Source: Octopus bimaculoides
Taxonomy: Eukaryota
NCBI RefSeq assembly: GCF_001194135.2
Contig: NC_068993.1
Span: 29,069,441 to 29,116,026 of the forward strand
Length of the DNA stretch: 46,586 nucleotides
Direction: 5' to 3'
Shown here: in pieces, positions 11,219 through 22,069 of the stretch
How the letters are laid out: every line of letters starts with the position of its first letter
Position numbering within the stretch: the first letter of the stretch is position 1
Notes under the pieces: model-generated
The model's database searches: none
The model's input: only the letters and a program-made list of their open reading frames with translations
Told to the model about the DNA's origin: nothing
Program-made: the position numbers and the translations under genes

Positions 11219-14200
11219 AGTTACATTAATTCACAATAGACAGCAAACAACAGACAACATTATTAGTTGTACTTACATTACATGTGTATAAAAAGTTATA
11301 ATCAGGTTGTAACGACATGAACATATTGAAACTGCTTACAATGTCGGTTAAGAAAACCGTTATATAGTAAAGTAACTAAGTAGAGTTGTTAACTTGGGAT
11401 ATTAACCTAGGATGTTAAGTTGCGACAAGCAAACGATGCTGTAAATTCAATAAAAACCGTTGGACTTTTGAAAGTAAATAAAACGAAGAAAGAAAGAAAA
11501 AGCCTTTTACTTTGATAAGAATGATCAGATAGCAGACGTGACAGATGATAATTCACAATTTAAGAAGCTTTTTAAATCTAGGAAAAACCCTATCCGAGGT
11601 TGGATAAATTTGAAGATGAACTTTGGACAGTTGTTAAGAACATTAAAATAAATAAGTCACTTAGAAGGAACCAACATTTGTAATAACTAAACAGGAAATT
11701 AATAGAATGAACGGAATTTTAGTTAAATCTGACAAAAGAGGAAACATATAAACTACAGAAACAACATTATTTTGACCTTAAAAAAGAAATAGAGAAAAAC
11801 TACAAAATAACAAATAAGAATATGCTCAGAAAAGCAAATTTTGAAGCTAAAAAGTTAATGAATAGCTTTAACCTATTGAACAGAACTGAACCTCTAGTAC
11901 CTAGGGAACCACGATTTATCCTTAAAGATCACAAGAGTAATTTTTAGACTGATCCTTCCTTAAGACTCATTTGCCCGACTAAGTTGGATGTAGGGACACT
12001 TAGTAAGAATATTTTAGATAAATATATCCTTACAATAGTAAAGAAATTAAAACTTTATTTATAGTCTAACTCTATACAAGTTGTAGAATGATTTAAATTG
12101 ATTAAGGATAAGGAAAATGTGAAATTTATTCAATTTGATATTGCAAATTTTTACTCATCGACTAATCCTATCATACTTAACAAAGCATTGTGGTTTGCAC
12201 ATAATAAGGCAGGACTTAGAAGGTATGAATGAGATCGATATTAGCAGCTAGAAAATCATTTATTAAGTTCAATAATAAAATTTGGATTCGCAAAGATACT
12301 CCGGACGCATTTGATGTCCCTAGAATAGATTAGCCAGGTTTTTTCGCAGAATGGGAATGCGTATAATTTTTGAGGATGATATATCATTAGCTAATTTTTT
12401 AGACATACCATTGGACCTACATAATAAAACATATAGATCATACCATAAGCCTTCTAGTCACCTGAAGTACATCAGTATGTTTAGTAATCACCCTAGATCA
12501 ATAACGGATAATTTGGTAAAGAATATATTGCTAAGATTATCAAACCTATCGGCAAATGCCAATGTTTTCGAATATGAGGCAAAGTTCTATAACTCTGCCT
12601 TATCTAGAACGGGTTATAAAGATAAGGTATACTATATTAAACCAGACTGATTCCGCTAAGGCAGGTGAAAATATTAACAATATTGATAATAATAATATTA
12701 ACATTGTAAGAAAGAATAGAGGTAAACCACAATACCCTAGACATGAACCCAATTGTAACAGGAGTAGATTAAAATTCTTTAGGAATAGTAGTAATATTTA
12801 TAATACTAAAAATGAGGATAATATATGGTTCGTTATTCCATTTAGTAAACAAATTAAGTCTAATTTAGTTACCCTGTTCAGGAATGTAGTTAGTAGAAAT
12901 TTTCCAAAATTTCGCATTACTACAAAATCATAAACGCACATAAGGTCAGATTTGGGTTTTCAAATACCAAGAATTTAACACAAATTATCGCCTCCCACAA
13001 CTTTAAACTATTAAGCTCTAACTTTATTGAAGAGGCTAATAATATAAATATAGGTAATAATCTTAATTCTCTAGGTCACACTGTTATAGATAATTTAAAT
13101 GTCAACAAAAACAATAATACGAATATTAATAATAACAACAAAATAGTTATATCAGAGTTAAATTCCTAAGTGTAAATGCTAAGACCAAAAATACTGTATA
13201 CCAGTGTAAGGTATTAACTAACAATGACGTTAGGGTATATATAGGATCATCTTCGCTTGAAATTTCGAAAAGAATATCGAATCATTATTCAACATTTAGA
13301 GATAGAAAGAAGCAGAATAGCACTGGGCTTAGCAGATTAATTTGGCAACTTAAAGACCAAAATAAGGGGTATTCTTTAGAATGGTCAATTATATGAAAAC
13401 CGTTTCCATACGACAAGGGCAAAGATTGTTGTTCCCTCTGTAATTTAGAATTGTATTTCACTCTTTTCTCTAAAGGTGACCTAGTTAACAAAATTACATA
13501 TAGAGCTTACAGATTTAAACATATGATGAGGCATACTTTTGTAGACTTTATTTAAAAATCTACTTTGGAGGGGTTAGTTAACTACATACTAGGATATTAT
13601 TTTAACTTGGTTTAGCTTTAATTTCATATAACCCTTTTCTATATTTACAATTGTAAGTTTGGTTCTTACTTACTTGATGTATCATTTATAATTCTATGTA
13701 ATTTTTGTAGTTGAGATCGAAATAATTGTTTACTGTTTGCCTTATCAGTTAAATCCCTTCATTTATTAATATTGTAATTTAATTTCATTACTAAGTTAAT
13801 GTAATGTATATTTAAATTTTTGAATGGTGCAATTTGAATGTAACCTAATTTATTTTATTTTATAATTTATAATTTATAATTTCTTAATTATCTTGATTAC
13901 ATATCCTTAAATTGTCTCAAAAATATTTAAACTTAAAAATAAATATAATGATTTGATAGGGTTAATCACATTGGAGTGAATTATTTAGTTTGTAAATATA
14001 TATTATTTTGCTAGATTTACCTCTCTTTGATCATGAATTTTTATTTTCATTTTATTTCTGTTATGATTTATTATAGNNNNNNNNNNNNNNNNNNNNNNNN
14101 NNNNNNNNNNNNNNNNNNNNNNNNNNNNNNNNNNNNNNNNNNNNNNNNNNNNNNNNNNNNNNNNNNNNNNNNNNNNNNNNNNNNNNNNNNNNNNNNNNNN

Positions 14201-15289
14201 NNNNNNNNNNNNNNNNNNNNNNNNNNNNNNNNNNNNNNNNNNNNNNNNNNNNNNNNNNNNNNNNNNNNNNNNNNNNNNNNNNNNNNNNNNNNNNNNNNNN
14301 NNNNNNNNNNNNNNNNNNNNNNNNNNNNNNNNNNNNNNNNNNNNNNNNNNNNNNNNNNNNNNNNNNNNNNNNNNNNNNNNNNNNNNNNNNNNNNNNNNNN
14401 NNNNNNNNNNNNNNNNNNNNNNNNNNNNNNNNNNNNNNNNNNNNNNTATGCCTGTAGCTACTTAACATCCTAGCTTAATATCCTAGGTTATTTTACTTAG
14501 TAACCTGCCTTGGAGGGATTAGTTAAATCCATACAATGATATTAATTTAACATGGATTACGTTTATTTTCATAGAAACTTTTTCTATACTTACACTTATG
14601 AGTTTTGATCTTAGTTACTTGATTTATCATTTATAATTCTATGTGAGTTAGTACCGAAGGCATCATAATAATTGTTTACTTTTTACCTTATCGATTAAAT
14701 CCATTCCTTCATTAATATTGTATTTGAATTCCACTACTAAGCTAATGTAATGTAGTTTTAAAACTTTGATGGCTACAATCTGAATGTGACCTAATTTATT
14801 TTATTTTATAATTTATATTTTATAACTTATCTTGTTTACATATCCTTAAAACCAGTCTCATAACTATTCTAAACTTAAAAATAAATATAATTATTTGATA
14901 TGATTATTCACAATTGAGTGAATTATGGAAATCAAAAATATTATTTACTAGATTTACCTCTCTTTGACCATCAATTTATTTATTCAATTATTTATTTTTT
15001 TATTAAGATCTATAATAGATAATTTTTCTTTCTTCGTTTTATTTACTTTCAAAAGTCCAACGGTTTTTATTGAATTTACAGCGTCGATTGCTTGTCGTTA
15101 CTTAACATCCTAGGTTAACAACTCTACTTAGTTACTTTACAATATAACGGTTTTCTTAACTGATATTGTAAGCAGTTTCAATATCTTCATGTCGTTACAA
15201 CCTGATTATAACTTTTTTATACACATGTAATTTAAGTACAACTAATAATGTTGTCTTTTGTTTGCTGTCTGCTGTGAATTAATGTAACT

Positions 15290-15372
15290 TGACCCTGAAG
15301 AGATGCAAGAATCCATATTCTTATCTCAGACAAGAGTGAGTCGGGATCTTGCATTGAAATGTGCATAGGTTA
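15290..15372 (+). ncRNA. Type I hammerhead ribozyme in the PLE terminal repeat
   Basis: Stem I is UGACC (15290-15294) with GGUUA (15368-15372). CUGAAGA is at 15295-15301. Stem II is 15302-15314 with 15343-15355 (12 of 13 pairs). GAAA is at 15356-15359. Stem III is AUG/CAU with a UG loop. The AUA triplet predicts cleavage after 15367. Confidence 0.75.
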
Positions 15373-15494
15373 TTAAACAAGTTTTATTATGGATTGCGTT
15401 ATGGCTCTTATTTAAATTGATATGCACACAAAATTGTCTCATATACAACTTTTCAAGTGAGAATTTTGCTACGTTGATAACAGGTACAATAGTT

Positions 15495-16260
15495 TTGGCA
15501 TTGTTTTTTACAGCTGGATGCCTTTCCAAATGCCAACCACATTACAGTGTGGACTGGATGCTAGTTACATGGCACCAACACTGGCAGGGTCACCAAGTAA
15601 CTTGCATGACAAAGATTTTTTGAGAGAAAATGTGGCATCGGAGGTGATCATGCACCAGATGATGAAAGGTTAGAGTGAGACAGAAACAGCTGTCTTGCTG
15701 TAGAGAAAATACATGGTTACCTAGTGGGAGAGGGGAGGAGAAAGAGAGAGAGAGAGGAGAGATCAAGATTGAGGTCAGTAATGAGTGTGTTGCTGTAAAG
15801 GAGATACACAGTTAACCAGTCTGAAGGATAGAGCAAGAAGAAGAGAGAGAGTGGAAGAGAGCAAGAGAAAAAGGGAGGGTGGAAGAGAGCAAGAGTGCAG
15901 GAAAGAAATGATGGTGAAGTGCCATGGTATACTCACAAGGAACAGGGATCGGAATATAAATGGGATGGTAGAAAAGAGCAAAGTGGAAGGGCATGCCCTC
16001 AAGATACAGGGTCAAAATATAAATAGTATGGTATTGCCAAAGTACATGAGAAAAGAGTAGAGATTGACATGAATGCAAAAAGTGGGGGTGGGGGACAACA
16101 GGATGACAATGATACAGTGAGCAGGGCAGTGAGGACAGGATTAGGGAGCAAGAGATAAGCATAAGCATAGTGCATGAAAAGAGGAAATCTGAGGAAGAGA
16201 AGAGATATAGTTTGGTTTGTTGGTGCAGATTTTTTGGAGAAGTGGACAGGTGAAGTTGTC
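15495..16260 (-). mobile_element. Long 3' UTR of an older RTE family
   Basis: TTTTTACAGCTGGATGCCTTTCC..CCAACCAC, GGTCACCAAGTAACTTGCA and a GA-rich body, as at 22070 and 41992. Confidence 0.65.
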
Positions 16261-16495
16261 ATCATCATTATCTTTATTTTAATATCCACTTTCCTATGTT
16301 CACATGGGATAGACAGAATTTGTTGAGGCGGGTTTTCTATGGTCAGGTGCCCTTCCTGTTTCAAAGTAAGGTAATATTCCTTGACAACAAGATAAGTTTT
16401 CACAGAATATTGAAAAGAAGGATACTACTTGCTTATAAATATTATGTGATGTCAAGGCAAGGAGATACTAACAAACACACATACATACATCTATA

Positions 16496-17780
16496 TCAGG
16501 CTGAGTAAAAAGTAAGCAACGTTTTGAAACATGAAATTCATCACAATATATTTCAACAATGTAGAAATTTTATTCATCAAAGTAAGTACCATTACAATCA
16601 ACACATTTTTGTCAATGAGTTACAGGTTTGTTTATTCTAGTAACATAAAAACCGGAAGTTCTGGAACTGACAAACTCTTTCAATGCATTTTCAGCATTGG
16701 TTTGATTTTTGAACACCTTCTCTCGCAAGAAACCATGAAGGTGCTTGAAAATGTGGTAGTCGGTAGGAGAATGGTCTGGAGAATAAGCTGGGAGGGAGAA
16801 AATCTTTGTAGCCAAGTTACCTCAACTTCTGGAGCATCATTAGTAAAACGTGTCATCGAGTATTATCATGAAGAAGGATTGGCCCTCTTCTGTTGACCAG
16901 TGTGGGATGGAAGAGTAGCAGATTTTTGTTCACTTTGGCAATTTCATGGCAATATGTTTCTGCAGTAATGGTTTTTTGGGGTTTTAAGAAGTTATAGTGG
17001 AAGAGTCTAGCAGTACACCACCAAACAGTAACCATAAACTTCTTTCTTAAGAATTCGGGTTTAGGGAAGGTTTTCAGTGCTTCATTTTGGTCCAACCACT
17101 ACAAAGAACATTTTGTATTATTGTACAGAATCCACTTTTCATCACAAGTTACAATACAGCTGAGAAATGGATTGGTCTGGTTACATAGAAGAAACAACAA
17201 GCAAATTTCATATCTGCGCATTTTCTGATTAACATTCAAATTGTGTGGTGCCCATTTGTTGAGCTTTTTTGATTTTCTGATTGCATGCAAATGGTTGCAG
17301 GCAGTTTTCTGGCTAACCTGAAGTTCCTTTGCCAGTTCTAAAGTGGTTTTACGCGGATCTTTTTCAATGGTGGTCTTTAATTGACCGCCATCGATGACAG
17401 ATAGGCGTCCACTATACTCACAGTCTTCAAGTCTCATGTCTCCACTGTGAAATCCTTTATACCATTTTTGAGCTGACCACTCATTGGTCATTTCCTCTCC
17501 AAATGTTTTGTTGGTATTACAAGCAGTTTCAGCTGCTTTACATACTTTTTTGAAGTTGAATAACAAAATTGCTTGAATATCGCACTTTGACAGTTCCATT
17601 TCAGATGGTTGTAACAACAGTGAAAAAAATATCAATGTTAATTTATTTATGCATTTGGGCAAGTCTTTGTTTGTATTATCAGACAATTGCAAAAAAATGT
17701 TTTAAAAAAATTAAAAACTTAAAAAATCTGGTACAAATTCTTCATGGTTCAAAACGTTGCTTACTTTTTACTCAACCTGA
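16496..17780 (-). mobile_element. Full-length mariner (Hsmar1/SETMAR-like, DD34D) with 33-bp TIRs and TA TSD; transposase disrupted
   Basis: TIRs are TCAGG(C/T)TGAGTAAAAAGTAAGCAACGTTTTGAA at 16496-16528 and 17748-17780 (1 mismatch), with TA on both flanks. Transposase motifs WAPHNL, IVTCDEKW, LLHDN and YSPDHSPTDYH lie within 16612-17599, broken by stops and frameshifts. Confidence 0.95.
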
Positions 17781-18058
17781 TATATTATGGGCTTTCAATT
17801 TCTGTGTGTTAAATCCACCTATAATAGGCTTTGGTTAGCCAAGAGCTATAATAGAAGACACTTGCTCAAGGCAGTCAGACAGAATCCCAAACTGTACAGA
17901 TGGGATGTAAACCACATAGCAATGCCAAGGCAAATGATAATTAGGTGTAGTGTAGGTAAGCCAGAGAATTAGTTGCATAGGAAGCAGGGATTAAGGAAAA
18001 TAGAAGGAAAGTATGTATTTGTAAGATGTGGTTTGGTAGAATGGTATGGTGAGATAGA

Positions 18059-19315
18059 TGAGGTGATATCAAAAAGTTTCTGGACTAGCTCTGTAGCTCT
18101 GTGTGAACATTGTTGCATCTGCAGTGAGAGCTAACAGTGACCTTCATGAGGCAGTGTGCTGAGTGACATCTCTGTGTTTACTTCGCAAGATGTGAAATTT
18201 GTGTTTTTGTGATTACATGTACGCTGTAGTCTGCAATTTTGTCATGGACAGGAAGTTGGAACAAAGAACCAACATGAAATTTTGCATTAAATTTGGGAAG
18301 TCTGCTACAGAGACACTAAGCATGCTTCAGCAAGCTTGCAGCAATGTTCTGAGTGGTATGGGCGCTTCAAAAGTGGAAGAATGTCTGTGGAAGACAATGA
18401 GCTATCTAGGTGACCCACCATGATTGTCACCCCTGGAAATGTGGAGAAAATTCATCATGTGCATGAAGATCATGAGAGTACAATCAATGACATTGCTGAT
18501 GTTGTTAGTCTGTCGTATAGGGTCTGTGCAGGCAATCCCAACATCTGAACTGAACATGCAGTGTGTCTCTGCCAAGTTAGTCCTCTGCCTGCTGACCATT
18601 GAGCAGAAAGAGCATCGCATTGAAGTTTGTCAAGATCTCTGTTAGCGTACTGCTGATGAACCATCCTTCATGTCGAGGATCATTACTGGTGACAAGAGTT
18701 GGTTCTCGGGTATGACCCTAAGATGAAGCAGCAGTCGTCATAATGGAAGAGCCCTTTATCTCCATGACTGAAGAAGGCACAACAGAGCCACAACTCAATC
18801 AAGAGCATGCTCATTGTTTATTTCAACATCTGTGGTATTGTGCATTGAGAATTCATCTCCCAGGGCCAGCCTGTCAAGCAAGAGTTCTACTGCAAAGTTT
18901 TAAAGCATTTAAAGGAGGACATTTGGTGAAAGTGACCGGATCTGTGGAGCGCAAGGAATTGGATTCTTCATGACGACAATGCACCCACTGACTGAGCTCT
19001 CCTCACTCATGAGTTTCTTGCCAGAAGGAACATGGTGTTGCTACCACACCTAACCAATTTGCCAGATTTAGTACCAACAGACTTCCATCTCTTCCCCGAG
19101 ATGAAAAGGCAGCTGAAAGTCACCATTTTAACACCATTGTCACGATTCAGAGTGAATTGTAGAAAATCCTCAACTTGCTTACAGAAAACGACTTCGAGAC
19201 CAGATTCCAAAAGTTGCAGAAATATTGGGACCAATGTATTGCTGTGCAAGGTGACTATTTCAAAGGAGATGATGTTAAAACTTAGTAAATAAGTTATTTT
19301 TTATTAAACATATTA
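18059..19315 (+). mobile_element. Decayed mariner transposon (second family)
   Basis: EQRTNMKFCIKFGKSATETL, IITGDKSW, WILHDDNAP and PNLPDLVPTDFHLFPEMK. A left TIR-like GAGGTGATATCAAAAAGTTTCTGGACT is present; the right TIR was not seen. Confidence 0.85.
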
Positions 19316-20494
19316 AAGGAACAGACTATTTTACACCTTAAGTAGTATAAAAAAATCTCAATTAGGTCAGGATGTATTCATATTACTGACCGTTCTTCAT
19401 GGGGATAATATGATACATTATAAGATAAATGGGCAAACTTAAAAGGAACTGAAAGAAAGAGGAACTATTTATCGCTTCAATTTGGGTATTCAGACTGGTC
19501 CATAGCAAAAAATTGACGTTAGTTAGATTTTAACAAATTTACACTAAAACTCACAATCATGTTTTTTTGTTTTTTTTCTATGAATTAAGACAAAATATGG
19601 TTAGAATTTCAACTTACTTTATTCATCTCAAGACTTGACTTCTAATATTCAAAAAAGTATAAAACTTTTTTCCTATAGACTAGTCTGATTACCCAGATTG
19701 AAATGATATTTACTTCCTCTTTCTTTCAATTCCTTTTAAATCTGTCCATTTATCTTATATTGTATGATATTAACCTCATTAAGAGTCATCAGTGGTGTGA
19801 ATGTATGTTGGCCTAATTAAGATTTTTACTTCTGCTAAGTATATAAAAGAATCTTTTCCCTTAATGTCTAAAAAAGGTAATTCTAAATTTAAGTGATATC
19901 AGAACTATGGTCATATTGTATTTCAATGCAAACTCTGCTGTCTGGTACCCTGAGGTTTTATGGGCCATCATCTAGAATATAATTTAAGAACTGTCTAATA
20001 ATTGAATCCTCAGTTTGCTTCACTACTTTCATGTGTAAAACCTTGAACAAAGCTGCAATGTTTTAGATGAGGGCATTTAGTCAATGCCCTCATCTAAAAT
20101 ATTTCCTACTACAAGCTTGGAATTTACCATTCATTGAATAGGCCTGCCACAGCTTCTTTGAATATCAACACAACTTGAGCTGATGTAAGGGGGATAATAC
20201 CATCCCACCTGTGGTACTACCACATGGACAGATGTATTTTGTTTACAAACTAGCTGACCGTTTCATATTTCTTCCTTCATTGTAGAGAGGTTATGCGCCT
20301 TCAGCCATTTGAGTCTGGTGAGTCAACTATACAGCTAAGTGCTTTACAGCTGCAAAACCAATAGTCATTCTATATTACTGCTCTAATATTTTAGAGTGTG
20401 CTTCTTTTTTGGATCTATGAACTACTGATTATATGGTGGTTGTCTACTCCTTATGCAGAGTCTGACCATCTCTTGTAATTACACCTCAGATACA

Positions 20495-20655
20495 TCATGG
20501 GGTCTAATGTGGCCTTTTAAACTAGACAATGTATTGAAAAGACACCCACATAGATTGCATATCTGATTTGGACTACCAAGAGCTGCAGTTAAGATCTGAT
20601 CTTGAGGCCTCTGTATGATTTGAAGACCTTATGGCATACATGGCATTGAAAGGTG
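20495..20655 (-). pseudogene. Two tandem C2H2 zinc-finger remnants, probably from a decayed non-LTR element
   Basis: FQCHVCHKVFKSYRGLKI, a 1-nt frameshift, then ICNLCGCLFNTLSSLKGHIRPH (perfect C-x2-C-x3-F-x5-L-x2-H-x3-H). A decayed PCGVPQGG.VLSPL-like RT motif lies about 270 bp downstream. Confidence 0.55.
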
Positions 20656-21675
20656 TTCAAACATGTGAACAAAAACATGACAGTGGAGACATACAAGGAA
20701 ACCGAATGAAAACAAACCAGAACAAGAGGAAAATAGTGAACGCTGTGAGAAATATTTTTTTGAAAAGAGAAAAATAAAAGGGAGAGAGAAAAAAATGCAT
20801 CTGTTCTTTTGAACATCCGTGCAAGAAAAGAAAGCTGGACGATGGTCATGTGTGAGCAACAAGAGAGAGAGAGAGAAAGGGAGAGAAAAAGGGAATTAGA
20901 GAAGGATGAAGGAAGAAAACAGTATAGAATAGAGAGTTGCATCAAAACGGTGAAGATAAACTTACTTGGAAATGGAGGCATTGCGTTCAATTAAATAATA
21001 GTAAATAATATAATATGTATGTGTGTGTGTGTGTATATATACATGCATATATGGGTACAGGACATCACCAACAGTGCAAATAACATGAAATACATAAACA
21101 AATTAGTTAAATATGTAATCAACGAGAAGTAAAAGGGAGAACAGGACAAGTAAACACAGAGAAAGGATCCCTTTATCAGTTGTTGGCTGTCTATCTACTC
21201 CTCATTTCAAGCATTCAATGACAATATGAATCTCCAAAGACAGTTGCTCACATAAATTCTAAAATAAAATTTAGGATTTATAGCGGGTCAAAGTTAGGAA
21301 CAAAAACATGATAGTTTTTTTTCTCTCTCTCTTCTATCCTTTGTCTTTTCAAAACAATGTTTCTCGCAGTGGTCACTATTTTCCTTTTGTTCCGGTCTAA
21401 CAACCCTCCATGTTTGTTTTCTTTTGGTTTCCTTGTATATCTCCACTGTTATGTTTTTGTTCCCATCTTTAACTCTCCATAAATCCTAAATTTTATCTTA
21501 GAACTTATGGGAGCAACTGTCTTTGAAGACTAATATTGTCGTTGAATGCTTGAAATGAGGAATAGATAGACAACTGACAACTGATGAAGGGTCCTTTCTC
21601 CGAGTTTACTTGTCCTGTCTTCCATTTTTTTTCTCATTATTTACGTATTTAACTCCTTTGTTTACATATTTCATG
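20655..21675. repeat. Nested inverted repeats of an AT-rich dispersed element
   Basis: 21085-21292 is the reverse complement of 21477-21675 (roughly 85% by eye), and 20655-20800 is the reverse complement of 21315-21470. Confidence 0.8.
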
Positions 21676-21679
21676 ACAG

Positions 21680-22060
21680 AAGTAAATACACACCCCATAA
21701 ACATTGTTTTATGTTTATTCTAACTTGTAAATGTTTATATTTTTTATTAATTGACACTTTTATGTTTCAGGTTCTATATGTCACTGTTTAATCATGCCAT
21801 GTAGAAAAGAAGCCTTGGAACTGTCTGAATTTGAAAGAGGCCATATTGTGGGTCATATTGAAGGTGGATATAGTCAGTGTAAAATTGCAGACAACCTTGG
21901 GACCCCGCTTTCTACAGTTAATAGAGTGATTGTGCAATTCACCAGAGAGGGGAAGGAGTCCACATCACCTCACCCAGATCCACCAAGGCCCTCTGACAGG
22001 ACCCTTCTCTTTGTTAAGAGAAGTGTGAAGGACAAACTTGCAATGAAGATGCATGGGTGG
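21680..22060 (+). mobile_element. Tc1-like transposase N-terminal fragment
   Basis: [46 protein letters not shown] is the Tc1 paired-like HTH start. It is truncated by an RTE-type element. Confidence 0.75.
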
Positions 22061-22069
22061 GATGGTTGA

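Larger units (their letters stand above)
11114..15394 (+). mobile_element. Penelope-like retroelement (RT plus C-terminal GIY-YIG endonuclease), defective, with ~380-bp inverted terminal repeats
   Basis: Interrupted ORF: ILVKSDKRGNIY, FILKDHKSNF..PSLRLICPTK, FIQFDIANFYSS, NFLDIPLDL...YHKP...SNHPRSI, KCKC*DQKYC, and the endonuclease TVYQCKV...VYIGSS...NHYSTF...NSTGLSRLIWQLK...LEWSII*...CSLCNLE (13172-13555). 11114-11500 is the reverse complement of 15023-15394. Confidence 0.92.

Noticed and set aside
21550-21610. CTGATGAAGG at 21581 as a third hammerhead
   Set aside because: There is no downstream GAAA with a closing stem II. A type II arrangement using the upstream GAAA lacks stem III, and the inverted copy has CTGATAA.
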